This document shows, piece by piece, positions 62,006-64,000 of a stretch of 64,000 bases of DNA. The translations under genes were made by a program, and so were the position numbers. The stretch spans positions 32,116,001 to 32,180,000 of the forward strand of contig OZ116699.1 of NCBI GenBank assembly GCA_964199315.1, written 5' to 3'. The notes under the pieces are model-generated. The model saw only the letters and a program-made list of their open reading frames with translations, made no database searches and was not told the DNA's origin. Origin of the DNA: Orbicella franksi (Eukaryota). Position 1 is the first letter of the stretch. Each line of letters begins with the position of its first letter.

Positions 62006-62244
62006 CATTCTCGTCCCCAAAGGCCGCGCTCCTTTTAGTCAGCACCAAGAAACGACCAACACAGGAAGTCCGCGATTCACGGACTTACCGCATTACTCTG
62101 AGCATGCTCAGAGTCAAGTCTGACAATCTGATTGACTGAGAATACGAAACGACTACTCCACGCATGCTCAGAAAATTTGACATTCCCAAAGGTCGCGATT
62201 CTTGGTGCTGACCAAAAGGAGTGCGGCCTCTGGGAACGAGAATG
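62006..62244. mobile_element. Non-autonomous TIR element with 9-bp TSD (AcademH-like)
   Basis: ~46-bp TIR CATTCTCGTCCCCAAAGGCCGCGCTCCTTTTAGTCAGCACCAAGAA / TTCTTGGTGCTGACCAAAAGGAGTGCGGCCTCTGGGAACGAGAATG; flanks GACCCCCCT (61997-62005) and GACCCTCCT (62245-62253), 8/9 identical. Confidence 0.75.
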
Positions 62245-62718
62245 GACCCTCCTTCATTGGCGTGCACTTGTAGAGGGCAAGCCGAGTTGGTCAAAGTGCG
62301 CAGGACTCACTTATATCTGCATTACAGTGACCAACTCAAAAGCTCATTGGCAACTTTGGTCACTGTACACAAAATTAACCAAATATTGTTTCTTCTAGTT
62401 AATTTCTATTTGTATTTCTTTCTGTTTCATTGTACACCATCTTATGCTAAGTTGTTTTCTGTAAAGAGTGTGCAATAATAAAAACTGAAAACTGAAACTG
62501 ATGAAAATTTCTGATCGCGCACCAAACAGTAAAATGGTTAATCGGGCAGTTTTCAAAGTTGTTCGTCGCTTCTGGTCTCTCTGGAACTGCCTGCGTTTTC
62601 GAGGTTGCAGACATCGTTCTACTGAGTCATCCTTCCACCCTTCTCCATACCTGAGAAACACCCCTGTTACAGTCAGACCCGGTACAGTGTAAAGCAAGGT
62701 GAGTGATATGTGTCCCAG

Positions 62719-62905
62719 TAACCTCTTCAAAGCGTTCAGTTAGTTGGGGCGCAGCTCGAGAAACGGGGAGCGAAAAAATAGGGGAGAAGCACTAAGTTTG
62801 CCCACAGGCGTCTTTTCGCCGTTCTGTTGCCGCGTTTCTCCCCTATTTTTTAGTTGGCCGTTTTTCGCATTGGTCGTCAACTAACTGAACGCCTGGAAGA
62901 GGCTA
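62719..62905. mobile_element. Non-autonomous hairpin element with degenerate 9-bp TSD (AcademH-like)
   Basis: TAACCTCTTCAAAGCGTTCAGTTAGTTG / CAACTAACTGAACGCCTGGAAGAGGCTA; flanks GTGTCCCAG (62710-62718) and GTGCCCCAT (62906-62914), 7/9 identical. Confidence 0.65.
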
Positions 62906-63733
62906 GTGCCCCATCACCACATACACACCTCACAGTAATATGGTAAGTTTTAGGTGAGAATAATTTGTTTTGAATTCTAAAAAGGAACTACCCGTTTTAG
63001 TCTGTCCAAAGGCGTTTATTTTTTGCTACGAGTTATTTTTCTTAGAGAGCACGAGCGAGGGTGTGAGAACGATTGCGGAGAACGGGAGGCCACTGAGCGG
63101 ACGCCAAAACATATGTCTGTTTTTCGTTTTTTTTTCCCAGGGCCACCCGGCTCAGCCGGCTGAGGACCCGCCTGAGCACCCCGCTGAGCACTCGGCCCTC
63201 CTTTGAGTTAATCAATTCAACTTTTTTCCCGCAATTTTGTGTTAAACATTTCCTCTTTGATTGTAGGTGAATCGAGGCCATGTACATATTAACCGCTGGA
63301 ACTACATTTTTTGGCTAAAATATTTTTTTGGTAGTTTACATTGGTTCTGAGCACGTGAACGGTAAATGCAACGCATGCGATGTGATTCACCACGTGACTT
63401 ATTTTGACCAATTATTCGAGGGAAGAAAATTCTACAGGATATCGAATTTTTCTGAAGTTCTGTACTTTCCCAGCCATTACAATCCAATCCTTCATGCTAC
63501 CGTGGTTCCGTAGGACAGTATTGCGAAGCATCAGTGCTAAGAAAAGTGAGAAGACTACATTGCAACAGATAAATGTCCTAAATTCTGCAACTGCGAATGC
63601 AGAAGAGTTTTGAGGCCGCCATAGCTAAAATTCAGCTATCGTATTGGCCAATCAGCAAGCTCATGTAGAAAAGACAGAGGGAAACTTGAACTAGTCTAGT
63701 TGCTGCGCGAGGCCTGTCGCAAAATTGTACTTT

Positions 63734-63790
63734 ATGGCGGAGCAATCGCTATGGTGTTGCGAAATCTTCCACAATTTGAACATCACCAAG
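63734..63790 (+). CDS. Probable first coding exon of a downstream gene (MAEQSLWCCEIFHNLNITK), product unknown
   Basis: ATGGCG start, 19 open codons, AAG|GTTAGT donor; palindromic ATTGGCCAAT (double CCAAT box) at 63643-63652, ~85 bp upstream. Too short to identify. Confidence 0.4.
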
Positions 63791-64000
63791 GTTAGTTTTT
63801 CTCTGAATTGCATCTGATAGCCTTAACGGCTTTCACTATTTTATACTGGAACGACTAAATGCTGTTACACGCTGGGAATTGTGCAAGAATAAGAGAGTTT
63901 TGCTGTACGTAAATAGGGTAATCGTGCCACTTAGACGATGTTTCGACGATGCTTTTTCGATTTTTTTTTTGTTACTCAAACTAATAATAAGCTTCATCGC

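Overview
Intron-rich, AT-rich animal genomic DNA. The SINE and MITE repertoire looks like a stony coral or other anthozoan; this is inferred from repeat recognition, not a search. No rRNA, true tRNA or CRISPR features. Main content: (1) a full-length but decayed Academ DNA transposon of the XPG-nuclease (AcademX) type at 895-7566, with TAG..CTA termini, long imperfect TIRs, a TTG target-site duplication and a ~1500-aa transposase broken by one frameshift and one nonsense codon; (2) the last two coding exons of an ENTREP/FAM189-like four-TM protein with PPxY motifs (+, 11859-14186; upstream exons not located); (3) a 19-exon DCC/neogenin/protogenin-family receptor (+, 24982-44044, ~1229 aa: signal peptide, 4 Ig, 6 FN3, TM, ~154-aa tail); (4) a second, complete 4-exon ENTREP/FAM189-like gene on the minus strand (56028-50427, 314 aa), so two apparent paralogues bracket the receptor; (5) many non-autonomous elements, several with verifiable TIRs and TSDs (CACTA-, Harbinger-, Kolobok-, pogo- and AcademH-like) and tRNA-derived SINEs; (6) a probable first exon of another gene near the right edge. 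Gene models were built by hand from GT-AG sites and phase continuity and need RNA-seq. Family names come from remembered motifs and need BLAST/HMM confirmation.
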